Assembly (NCBI RefSeq): GCF_016278765.1
Contig: NZ_JADQBE010000017.1
Span: 15,313-79,312, forward strand
Origin: Demequina sp.
Lineage (GTDB): Bacteria; Actinomycetota; Actinomycetes; Actinomycetales; Demequinaceae
Reading direction: 5' to 3'
Length of the DNA: 64,000 bases
The notes under the pieces are model-generated. The model was not told where the DNA came from, did no database searches, and saw nothing but the letters and a program-made list of their open reading frames with translations. Of the stretch, positions 31,368-40,046 are shown piece by piece (the first letter of the stretch is position 1; each line of letters starts with the position of its first letter). The position numbers were made by a program, and so were the translations under genes.

Positions 31368-32008
31368 GCGATAGTGTCCGCGAGCGCGTCGAAAAGCATT
31401 GCCGTAGACGTCGCGCCCGGATCCATGTGCCCCTTGGAGCGTTCTCCGAGATAGCTGGCGCGACCTTTGCGTGCGACGAGGTCCACCGTGGCGTCCCTGC
31501 CCACCGCCGCGGCGTCGCGTGCGGCCGCGGTGCACTCCTGAAGCGACCGACCTGAGGCGAGCGCGGCGTCGAAGGCGTCGAGCGCGGGCGCCATCGCATC
31601 AAACATGGTCTTGTCCTGCAACTCGGCCTTGCCTCTGGCGACGAGCCCGCCAAGGCCCGCTCGCAGGCTGGCCGCCAAACCGGCGCCGTCACACGAGGAG
31701 ACGGCGCCGATCGACGTGCCAATCCGAAGAAAGAAGGTTCCATAGAGAGGACCGCTCGCGCCGCCCACGCTCGTCACGAGCGTCATGCCGACGCTCTTGA
31801 AGAGTTCGTCGAGGGTCGGAGGAGTTGTGGTCTCGAGTTTGGCCATCACCGCGGTCATCCCTCGAGCCATATTGATCCCGTGGTCGGCATCGCCGATCGC
31901 AGAGTCCAACTCGGTGAGGTATGCCTTCTGCTCGGTGACCTGGTGGGCAAAATTGTCCAGCCAGGCCAGAGCACTGTCGATGGTCATGGTTCCTTCAGTC
32001 ACGGTCAT
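31364..32008 (-). CDS. dhaL: Dihydroxyacetone kinase, ADP-binding subunit L
   Basis: 'YLTELDSAIGDADHGINMARG' signature. The start is ATG 32008 or 31987, just after the dhaK stop. Confidence 0.9.
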   Translation of the reverse strand: MTVTEGTMTIDSALAWLDNFAHQVTEQKAYLTELDSAIGDADHGINMARGMTAVMAKLETTTPPTLDELFKSVGMTLVTSVGGASGPLYGTFFLRIGTSIGAVSSCDGAGLAASLRAGLGGLVARGKAELQDKTMFDAMAPALDAFDAALASGRSLQECTAAARDAAAVGRDATVDLVARKGRASYLGERSKGHMDPGATSTAMLFDALADTIA

Positions 32009-32015
32009 TCCCTTT

Positions 32016-33014
32016 CTAGCGGCCCCAGCGAAGGCCTGCGGTGTGAACGGGGGCGTCCCACAGACCCAGCATCTCGTCGTCGGCCTTGAGTACCGTGACC
32101 GAACAACCTGCCATGTCGAGGGACGTGATGTAGTTGCCCACAAGAGTGCGAGCAACCTTGACGCCTGCCTTCTCCAGAAGGGCCGCCACCTCGCCGTACA
32201 TGAGGTAGAGCTCAATCTGAGGAGTGCCTCCCATCCCATTGAGCATGACGATCGCTGGCGCTCCTGTCATGTCAAGGTCGTCGAGAATCGGCTCGACGAG
32301 TTGCGCGGCAATCTCCTTGGCAGGGGCCAGATCGACACGGTGCCTTCCGGGCTCACCGTGAATGCCGACACCAATCTCCATCTGGTCGTCGGGCAGGTCG
32401 AACGTGGGCTTTCCGGCGGCAGGCACTGTGCAACTCGTCAGCGCCATTCCCATGGATCGACCATGCGCATTGACCCGTTCGGCGAGTTCCTTGACCGCTG
32501 CGAGGTCGCGCCCCTCTTCGGCGGCCGCACCCACAATCTTCTCGAGCAGCACGGTGATTCCCACGCCGCGGCGACCCGCCGTGTACAGCGAGTCCTTGAC
32601 AGCCACGTCGTCGTTGGTGACGACCGCAGCGACCTCGACTCCGGCTTCGGCAGCCGCGAGTTCCGCTGCCATCTCGAAGTTCATGACGTCGCCGGTGTAG
32701 TTCTTGACGATGTGGAGCACTCCGGCGCCTCGGTCGACCACCTTCGTGGCCTCCTGCATCTGGTCGGGCGTAGGTGAGGTGAAGACCTCGCCCGCGCACG
32801 CGGCGTCGAGCATTCCCACACCGACGAATCCCCCGTGAAGTGGTTCGTGGCCTGAGCCACCACCTGACACCAGGGCAACCTTGCCGTCGGCCTTGGGGGT
32901 CGCGCGGTAGATCACACGGTTGACGTGGTCGACCCGAACGTTGGGGTCGCCCGCCTCAATACCCTTGAGGGCGTCTGCGAGCACCGTCTCCGGTGCGTTG
33001 ATGAGCTTCTTCAT
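32016..33014 (-). CDS. dhaK: Dihydroxyacetone kinase, DHA-binding subunit K
   Basis: '[16 protein letters not shown]..' and '[17 protein letters not shown]'. Confidence 0.95.
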   Translation of the reverse strand: MKKLINAPETVLADALKGIEAGDPNVRVDHVNRVIYRATPKADGKVALVSGGGSGHEPLHGGFVGVGMLDAACAGEVFTSPTPDQMQEATKVVDRGAGVLHIVKNYTGDVMNFEMAAELAAAEAGVEVAAVVTNDDVAVKDSLYTAGRRGVGITVLLEKIVGAAAEEGRDLAAVKELAERVNAHGRSMGMALTSCTVPAAGKPTFDLPDDQMEIGVGIHGEPGRHRVDLAPAKEIAAQLVEPILDDLDMTGAPAIVMLNGMGGTPQIELYLMYGEVAALLEKAGVKVARTLVGNYITSLDMAGCSVTVLKADDEMLGLWDAPVHTAGLRWGR

Positions 33015-33023
33015 TGAATTCTC

Positions 33024-33752
33024 CTAAGCCTCAGCCACAGCCTTGTCGGCCTTGGTGTGTGCGATGAGCCCGAAGGCGAGTGCTGCGAGGACGCCAGCGA
33101 GGAGTTCGGCCCCCACATAGATGGGCCACTGCTCCCAGAGGACCTCGCCGCCGAGCAGTTGCTGGACGAGCATGGGGCCCGAGGTACGCGCAGGGTTGAT
33201 GGATGCTCCCGTTGCCGGGGCAACCGGGATGATGGCCGCGAAAACGACCAGACCGATTGCCATGCCTGCCCAGCCTGCGGCCGCCTTGCGGTAGATCACG
33301 CCGAACACGCCGAACACCAGAATGAAGGTGCCCACGAACTCGGCAAAGAATGCCTGGTACCACGGGATACCGCCGTAGGCGGCGATGCCGAGGCCCACAT
33401 CCGATGCCGTCATGCCGAGCACACCCACGATCGCGAAGGCTCCAGCAGTGCCGCCGAGCACCTGCGCGGCCACATACTCGGGGACCTGCTTCCAGGGGAA
33501 CTTACCCGTCGCTGCCAGGCCAAACGTCACGGCCGGGTTGATGTGGTTGCCCGAGATGTAACCAAACACGTAGACCGTCACCATCACGATCGTGCCAAAC
33601 GCAAGGGAGATCATGCCAAGGTCCGCCATCGTGAATGGCGCGTCACCATTGACCATGAGCGTTGCGGGCACCGAGCCGACTCCAACAAAGACGAGGAAGG
33701 CTGTGCCCAAGAATTCGGCGGCGAGTTTCTGCCACCGGCTGTTGTCATCCAT
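33024..33752 (-). CDS. glpF: Glycerol/DHA uptake facilitator (MIP family)
   Basis: NPA boxes 'HINPAVTFG' and 'SINPARTSG'. ATG at 33752 is preceded by GGAGTG. Confidence 0.9.
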   Translation of the reverse strand: MDDNSRWQKLAAEFLGTAFLVFVGVGSVPATLMVNGDAPFTMADLGMISLAFGTIVMVTVYVFGYISGNHINPAVTFGLAATGKFPWKQVPEYVAAQVLGGTAGAFAIVGVLGMTASDVGLGIAAYGGIPWYQAFFAEFVGTFILVFGVFGVIYRKAAAGWAGMAIGLVVFAAIIPVAPATGASINPARTSGPMLVQQLLGGEVLWEQWPIYVGAELLAGVLAALAFGLIAHTKADKAVAEA

Positions 33753-33812
33753 CTGCACTCCTTTGAACAGCAGGATTCGCCGATGCGACCGATGGCCGCG
33801 ACGTTCCACCTT

Positions 33813-33847
33813 TGGAACATCATTCGACATTATCGAATATACTTCCA
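33813..33847. promoter_or_regulatory. Composite palindrome in the glpF/iclR divergent region (candidate IclR operator)
   Basis: TGGAAcatcATTCGAcattaTCGAATatacTTCCA, centred on 33830. Inner 6-bp arms and outer 5-bp arms are perfectly complementary, within an AT-rich patch. Confidence 0.4.
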
Positions 33848-33919
33848 ATATCCCCGGTGTCAAGGTCTGGGGCGTGTCGCGATCCAGGCAATAATGGATC
33901 TCACCTCGGAGGGCTGAGC

Positions 33920-34690
33920 ATGATCCAAGCGATTGACCGCGCGGCGCGCGTGCTGCAAGCGCTTCAGGGTGCCCGCCACCTCGGTATCACCGAGCTGGCA
34001 GCCGAGCTCAACCTTGCCCCATCGACCGTTCACGGCATCGTCAAATCGCTCGCGGAGCACGGACTCGTTGCCAAGGAGCCGGGCTCAAATCGATATCGGC
34101 TCGGTCCCGCCCTCCTGAAACTTTCGAACGTCTACCTGGACACCCACGAGGTGCGGGCCCGCGCTATGCGGTGGACCCGCGAACTCGCCCGCCGCACAGG
34201 CTTTTCGACGAGGCTCGGTGTCACGCTGTTCGATGAGGTACTGATCATTCACCACAACCGTCGGCCGGACGGTGGACAGCACATGTACGAAACGGGACTC
34301 ACCATCCCCGCCCACGCATCTGCACTCGGCAAGGTGCTGCTCGCGTACGACCCGCCTTGGGCCACGGAGTTGTTGGCGGGAGGGTTGCGGAGCCTCACGG
34401 GAGACACCATCGTCGATTCCGCAGAGCTCACCGCCGAGCTTGCCGTCATCGCCAAGAATGCCAGCGCCTCGGAACGGGACGAGGCGGTGCTCGGCGAATC
34501 GTGCATGGCGGCACCTATCGCGGATCGTTCAGGAGCAGTAATCGCCGCCATTGGCGTCGTGATGCCCACCACGGAATTTCCCCCATCGGACGCCGTCCTC
34601 GACCACCTGCGTGAGGCCGCGAGGACGATCTCCCGTGAGCTCGGTTCGTCGGACTGGCCGCCGCGCAGGAGGGACGACGAGTCCCTCTAG
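33920..34690 (+). CDS. IclR-family transcriptional regulator
   Basis: ATG at 33920. 'IQAIDRAARVLQAL...ITELAAELNLAPSTVHGIVKSL' HTH plus an IclR effector domain. Confidence 0.85.
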   Translation: MIQAIDRAARVLQALQGARHLGITELAAELNLAPSTVHGIVKSLAEHGLVAKEPGSNRYRLGPALLKLSNVYLDTHEVRARAMRWTRELARRTGFSTRLGVTLFDEVLIIHHNRRPDGGQHMYETGLTIPAHASALGKVLLAYDPPWATELLAGGLRSLTGDTIVDSAELTAELAVIAKNASASERDEAVLGESCMAAPIADRSGAVIAAIGVVMPTTEFPPSDAVLDHLREAARTISRELGSSDWPPRRRDDESL

Positions 34691-34700
34691 TTTTGACGAA

Positions 34701-35591
34701 CTACCGGTCTAGGACGTCCCTCATCAACTGCGCGGTCTCGGACGGCGTCTTGCCCACCTTCACACCTGCGGCCTCGAGGGCCTCCTTCTTGGCCTGAGCG
34801 GTTCCGGCCGAGCCGGACACGATCGCGCCGGCGTGGCCCATCGTCTTGCCCTCGGGCGCCTCGAAGCCGGCGACGTAGCCCACCACGGGCTTCGTGACGT
34901 GGTCCTTGATGTAGGCGGCCGCGCGTTCCTCGGCGTCTCCGCCGATCTCGCCGATCATCACGATCGCCACCGTATCGGGGTCGTTCTGGAACGCCTCGAG
35001 GCAATCGATGTGGGTGGTGCCGACGATGGGGTCGCCGCCGATGCCCACCGCGGTGGAGAAGCCGATGTCGCGCAGCTCGAACAGCATCTGATAGGTCAGG
35101 GTGCCGGACTTGGACACGAGCCCGATCTTGCCCGGGCCCGTGATGGTGGCAGGGGTGATGCCCACGTTGGACTGGCCCGGGGTGATGAGTCCGGGGCAGT
35201 TGGGGCCGATCAGGCGGGTGCCCTTGGACTGCGCATACGTGAAGAACTCGGCGGTGTCCTTGACGGGGACGCCTTCGGTGATGATCACGGCGAGGGGCAT
35301 TCCCGCGTCCACCGCCTCCATGACGGCGGTCTTGGTGAACGGCGGCGGCACGAACAGCACCGAGACATCGGCGCCCGTCGTGGCCATCGCCTCGGCGACG
35401 GAGCCGAACACCGGAATGGACACGGTTGCGCCGTCGATGTCGAAGTCGACCGTGGTGCCGGCCTTGCGCGGGTTGACGCCGCCGACGATCTTGGTTCCCG
35501 AGGCGAGCATGCGCGTGGTGTGCTTCATGCCCTCCGTGCCGGTCATGCCCTGGACGATGACCTTGGATGCTGCGGTGAGGAAGATTGCCAT
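34701..35591 (-). CDS. sucD: Succinyl-CoA ligase subunit alpha
   Basis: '[18 protein letters not shown]..' and phospho-His region '[11 protein letters not shown]'. Confidence 0.95.
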   Translation of the reverse strand: MAIFLTAASKVIVQGMTGTEGMKHTTRMLASGTKIVGGVNPRKAGTTVDFDIDGATVSIPVFGSVAEAMATTGADVSVLFVPPPFTKTAVMEAVDAGMPLAVIITEGVPVKDTAEFFTYAQSKGTRLIGPNCPGLITPGQSNVGITPATITGPGKIGLVSKSGTLTYQMLFELRDIGFSTAVGIGGDPIVGTTHIDCLEAFQNDPDTVAIVMIGEIGGDAEERAAAYIKDHVTKPVVGYVAGFEAPEGKTMGHAGAIVSGSAGTAQAKKEALEAAGVKVGKTPSETAQLMRDVLDR

Positions 35592-35601
35592 GAGTTGCTC
35601 C

Positions 35602-36774
35602 TTAGGCGGCCGCGGCGGCAAGTTCGGCGGCCTTGGCCGCGGCGCCGTCCATGGTGGCTTCGATGGTCACGAGCGGGTGATTGGCGGCCGCCAGGATGGC
35701 GCGGCCCTCCTCCACGGAGTTGCCGTCGAGTCGCACGACGAGCGGCTTCGTGGCCTCGTCGCCGATCGCCTCAAGCGCGCCGACGATGCCGTTGGCCACC
35801 TCGATGCACGAGGTAATGCCGCCGAAGACGTTGACGAACACGCTCTTGACCTGAGGATCGTGGAGGATGACGTGCAGCCCGTTCGCCATCACGGTCGCGG
35901 ACGCGCCGCCACCGATGTCGAGGAAGTTGGCGGGCTTGATCCCGCCGTACTGCTCGCCGGCGTACGCCACCACATCGAGCGTGGACATCACGAGCCCCGC
36001 ACCGTTGCCGATGATGCCCACGGCGCCGTCGAGCTTCACGTAGTTGAGGTTCAGGGCCCTGGCCTGCGCCTCGAGCGGGTCGGCGGCGTCCTTGTCCTCG
36101 AGCGCCGCGTGATCAGCCTGGCGGAAGCCAGCGTTCTCGTCGATCGTGACCTTGCCGTCGAGCGCGATCACCTCGCCGGACTCGGTCAGCACCAGCGGGT
36201 TCACCTCCACCAGGGTGGCGTCCTCCTCCCGATACACCGTCCACAGCTTCTCGATCGCGTGGGCGACGGGGCCCGCGAGCTCCGCCGAGAACCCTGCGGT
36301 CGCGACGATCTCGGCGGCCTTGGCCGCGTCGATGCCCACGAGCGGATCGATCGCAACCTTGGCGAGCGCCTCGGGACGCTCGACCGCGAGCTCTTCGATC
36401 TCCATGCCGCCCTCGACGGAACACATCGCGAGATAGCGCCGCTCGGAGCGATCCAGCAGCACGGAGAAGTAGAACTCCTGCGCGATCTTGGCGCCGGCGG
36501 CGATCATCACCTTGTGGACCGTGTGACCCTTGATGTCCATGCCCAGGATCGCCTGGGCGGCCGCCTCGGCGTCGGCGGGGTTGTGCACCACCTTGACGCC
36601 GCCGGCCTTGCCGCGGCCTCCAGTCTTGACCTGGGCCTTGACGACGACGGTGCCGCCTCCGAGGCTCTCGGCCGCGGCCCTCGCCTGGGCGGGGGTGGTG
36701 GCGACGATGCCCGGGAGCACGGGCACGCCGTGCTTGTCAAACATGTCGCGCGCTTGGTATTCGAAGAGGTCCAT
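35602..36774 (-). CDS. sucC: Succinyl-CoA ligase subunit beta
   Basis: '[19 protein letters not shown]' ATP-grasp start. 390 aa. Confidence 0.95.
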   Translation of the reverse strand: MDLFEYQARDMFDKHGVPVLPGIVATTPAQARAAAESLGGGTVVVKAQVKTGGRGKAGGVKVVHNPADAEAAAQAILGMDIKGHTVHKVMIAAGAKIAQEFYFSVLLDRSERRYLAMCSVEGGMEIEELAVERPEALAKVAIDPLVGIDAAKAAEIVATAGFSAELAGPVAHAIEKLWTVYREEDATLVEVNPLVLTESGEVIALDGKVTIDENAGFRQADHAALEDKDAADPLEAQARALNLNYVKLDGAVGIIGNGAGLVMSTLDVVAYAGEQYGGIKPANFLDIGGGASATVMANGLHVILHDPQVKSVFVNVFGGITSCIEVANGIVGALEAIGDEATKPLVVRLDGNSVEEGRAILAAANHPLVTIEATMDGAAAKAAELAAAAA

Positions 36775-36877
36775 CGGATTCCTTGACGCTTTGGGGCGCG
36801 CGGTCAGCGCGACCAGGGGGACGATGCCCCCAGCCTAGCCTCGACTGGGGCGGCGCCTGTCCGGGCCTCGTTTCCGC

Positions 36878-37537
36878 TCAGCGCGACTCCGCATCGTCGC
36901 CGGTGCCCGGGGACACGAAGCCGCTCTCGTAGGCGGCGATCACCGCCTGGGTGCGGTCGCGCACCCCCAGTTTGGTGAGGATCGACGCGACATGGGACTT
37001 CACGGTCTCTACCGAGACAAACAGTTCGACCGCGATCTCGCCGTTGGACAGGCCCCGCGCCAAGAGCCGCAGCACGTCGCCCTCCCGTTCGGTCAGGTCG
37101 GGCATGCTGGCAACGCTGGTGGGTGTGGCAAAGCGCTCGATCACCCGGCGGGTTGACGACGGGAACAGCATCGACTCGCCCGCTGCGACCACCCGCACGG
37201 CCTCGATCAACTCGGCGGGTGGCACGCGCTTGAGCACGAAACCTGACGCCCCGGCGCGCATCGCCTCGAACACGTACTCGTCCACCTCGAAGGTGGTGAG
37301 CACGATCACCTTGGCGCCCGACGCCCCCGCGGTGATTTCCCGGGTTGCCTCGAGGCCGTCCATGTGCGGCATGCGGATGTCCATGAGCACGACGTCCGGA
37401 CGATGCTCATCCACCAGGGCGAGCGCCTCCCGGCCGTCCCCCGCCTCGGCCACGACGTCCCAGCCCGCCTCCGAACCGACGATGGCCCTGAGTCCCATGC
37501 GGACCAAGGGGTCGTCGTCCACGATGACGATTCTCAC
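36878..37537 (-). CDS. NarL/LuxR-family response regulator
   Basis: REC domain ('IVIVDDDPLVR..DVVLMDIRMP') plus a C-terminal LuxR HTH ('LTEREGDVLRLLARGLSNGEIA'). Confidence 0.9.
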   Translation of the reverse strand: MRIVIVDDDPLVRMGLRAIVGSEAGWDVVAEAGDGREALALVDEHRPDVVLMDIRMPHMDGLEATREITAGASGAKVIVLTTFEVDEYVFEAMRAGASGFVLKRVPPAELIEAVRVVAAGESMLFPSSTRRVIERFATPTSVASMPDLTEREGDVLRLLARGLSNGEIAVELFVSVETVKSHVASILTKLGVRDRTQAVIAAYESGFVSPGTGDDAESR

Positions 37538-38913
37538 GCGGTCACCCTCTCACGCAGCGACGCCCATGGCGAGGAAGGGTCGGCAGAGTTTTCTGACAAG
37601 GTGGCCTGCAGCGGCAGCAGCGCGCGCACGGCAAAGCCTCCGTTCTCCGCACCTGCGGATGACCTGCCCCCCAGCAAAGTGACGCGGTCGCGGATCCCTG
37701 ACAGGCCGCGCCCGCCCCCGCCGTGGGGACGCCCCGCGCCAGCGGAGGGCTTTCCATTGAGAACCTCGATTCCCAAGGCGTCGGCGTCTTGCGCGATCCT
37801 TACCGTCACGGTGGCGCCTGGAGCGTGGCGGGCCACGTTGGTGAGCGCCTCCCGGACCACCGTGAAGGCCGCCCGCCCCACGGCGGCAGGCGCCTGGGGG
37901 AACTCCGCAGCGTAGGACACGTCCATACCCGCTGCACGCGACTCCTCGATGAGCCGTCCGATGTCGTTGATGCCAGGGAGCGGTGCGCGACTCTCGTGCT
38001 GGTCACCTCGAATGGCGGCAATGATGCGGTCGAGTTCGCCCATGGCGGCCCGCCCCCTCTCCTCAATGGTCTTGAGGGCTTGGCGCGCGAACTCGGGGTC
38101 GGTGTCGAACACGTGGGCGCCCGCTCCGGCCTGAATGATGTTCATGGTGATCATGTGGCCGATCGAGTCGTGCAGCTCCTGGTCGATGCGGATCTGCTGT
38201 TCCGCGAGCTCAGCCCGCTCGGTGGCGGCCTGCACCATCTGGTCCGCCCCTGGGCCAAGTGCCCAGCGCCCCAACACGCGATGCGTGATGGCGAGACCTC
38301 GCACCATCCACGCCAGCGTTGGCACCGCGAATACGATCGCTGGCGAACCCACAGCGACCCAGTACGCGACGGTGTCGATGACCTCGACGAGGGCCTGGTT
38401 GTCCCCGTTCACAGCGACGATGCCGGCGACGCGCGCCACGGCAACAGCGACAGCGCCCACCACAGCGAACGGAACCACCACGGCCACCACCGCGAGCACG
38501 AAACTTACCGGGCCCAGCACGATTCGCGCCATGATCCAGATCAGGGCGCGCCACCGCGCCCCGTCGCGCCAAAGGTTCAGGATCCACACGCGCCATCGCT
38601 CGGTCACGGCGACACTGTGATCGGCTGCAGCCGGCACCCGCCCGACCACGGGCGGCACACCTGCATCCAAGAGCGTATTGATCGACCTTCGCTCGACCGC
38701 GCCGATGGGACGCAAGGTCCATTGCGCGAAGATCAGGATGGGTACCCCCACCCACACGATCGCGAGCGACAGGCCAACCGAGTACATCACCACCGCGTAG
38801 GTGAACCACAGGATCGACATGGGAAGGCCGAGCACGAGGTACGTGATTGCGGTCCACGTGTGCGCATCCCATACCGGGGCGAAGTAGCTGCGAAGCGCGG
38901 TCATACTCCCCAT
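37534..38913 (-). CDS. Sensor histidine kinase (HisKA_3 type) with N-terminal membrane sensor region
   Basis: 'ELHDSIGHMITM' H-box and HATPase 'GGGRGLSGIRDRV'. 4-nt overlap with the response regulator gene. Confidence 0.85.
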   Translation of the reverse strand: MGSMTALRSYFAPVWDAHTWTAITYLVLGLPMSILWFTYAVVMYSVGLSLAIVWVGVPILIFAQWTLRPIGAVERRSINTLLDAGVPPVVGRVPAAADHSVAVTERWRVWILNLWRDGARWRALIWIMARIVLGPVSFVLAVVAVVVPFAVVGAVAVAVARVAGIVAVNGDNQALVEVIDTVAYWVAVGSPAIVFAVPTLAWMVRGLAITHRVLGRWALGPGADQMVQAATERAELAEQQIRIDQELHDSIGHMITMNIIQAGAGAHVFDTDPEFARQALKTIEERGRAAMGELDRIIAAIRGDQHESRAPLPGINDIGRLIEESRAAGMDVSYAAEFPQAPAAVGRAAFTVVREALTNVARHAPGATVTVRIAQDADALGIEVLNGKPSAGAGRPHGGGGRGLSGIRDRVTLLGGRSSAGAENGGFAVRALLPLQATLSENSADPSSPWASLRERVTA

Positions 38914-38994
38914 CGTGCCCGCTCGGGCGCCTCATGCCCACCATCGAACGCTCGGCCTCGTAGGTTCGCGCGCCCCCCACGTGCGCGCTCGCGG

Positions 38995-40005
38995 CTACCT
39001 CGCGGCGCCGAAACGCTCCGCGACCTCCCGAATCGATCGCGCGGAGGCCTCGAGGCCCGAGCGCTCTGCCTCGTTCATCCGCACGTCCACCCGGTGCTTG
39101 ACGCCGCTGCGGCCCACCACGGCGGGCAGGGACATGCAGACCTCGCCGACGCCGGGGTAGTCGACCAAAGTCGAGATGGGCAGCACCCGGTGCTGGTCGC
39201 CAAGAACCGCCTCGACGATGCGTACGCCCGCGATGCCGATCGCGTAGTTGGTCGCGCCCTTGCCCTCGATGATCTGGTAGGCCGAACGAGTCACGTCGTG
39301 ATGAATCCGGTCGCACACCTCGGGCGTCATGATGACCCGACCATCGGCATCGTGCCACTCGGTGAGCGGCACCCCGCCGATGCTCGCTGACGACCACAGC
39401 GCCACCTCCGAGTCGCCGTGCTCCCCAGCGATATAGGCGTGGACGTTACCCACCGCCACGCCGCACTCGCGCGCGATCTGGTGACGCAAGCGCGAAGAAT
39501 CGAGCACCGTGCCGGAGCCGAACATCTGCGCCGGGCTCATGCCGGAGGCCTTGAGGGCGGCGTACGTCACCACGTCGACCGGGTTGGTCACCAGGATGTA
39601 GATGGCGTGCGGGGACACCTCGATCAGCGGGAGAATGATCTTGTCCATGAGGCCGATGGTCGCCTCGGCCAACTCGAGTCTCGACTGTCCGGGCTGCTGC
39701 TTCGCACCTGCCGTGATGACCACGACGTCAGAGTCGGCACACACGGCCACGTCGTTCGAGCCGATGACGTGGGCTTCCGGCATGAACTGGATGCCCTGGG
39801 ACAGGTCGAGCGCCTCCGCCTCGACCTTCGCCTTGTCGACGTCGTACAACGCGACCGTGCGTGCGAAACCGCGCATGAGGCCCGCGTACGCGAGCGTGGA
39901 GCCCACCGCACCCGCACCTACGATCGATACCTTGGACGTCCTGCTTTCCACCGCAGATCCTTTCGTGGAGACAAGGTCCCAGACTACTGGCGGGGCACAC
40001 CCCAC
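38995..40005 (-). CDS. ldh: L-lactate dehydrogenase
   Basis: 'VSIVGAGAVGSTLAY' and 'IAGEHGDSEVALWS'. The true start may be GTG near 39951. Confidence 0.9.
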   Translation of the reverse strand: MGCAPPVVWDLVSTKGSAVESRTSKVSIVGAGAVGSTLAYAGLMRGFARTVALYDVDKAKVEAEALDLSQGIQFMPEAHVIGSNDVAVCADSDVVVITAGAKQQPGQSRLELAEATIGLMDKIILPLIEVSPHAIYILVTNPVDVVTYAALKASGMSPAQMFGSGTVLDSSRLRHQIARECGVAVGNVHAYIAGEHGDSEVALWSSASIGGVPLTEWHDADGRVIMTPEVCDRIHHDVTRSAYQIIEGKGATNYAIGIAGVRIVEAVLGDQHRVLPISTLVDYPGVGEVCMSLPAVVGRSGVKHRVDVRMNEAERSGLEASARSIREVAERFGAAR

Positions 40006-40046
40006 GCGGGTCGGCCACCAGGCCGGTTGGGGGCGGTGCGCACTGA

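Noticed and set aside
29529-31454. 641-aa ORF on the plus strand
   Set aside because: It is antisense to the EIIA-HPr-EI gene. It is Arg/Gly/His-rich low-complexity sequence.
35101-36786. 561-aa ORF on the plus strand
   Set aside because: It is antisense to sucD and sucC. It is a shadow ORF.
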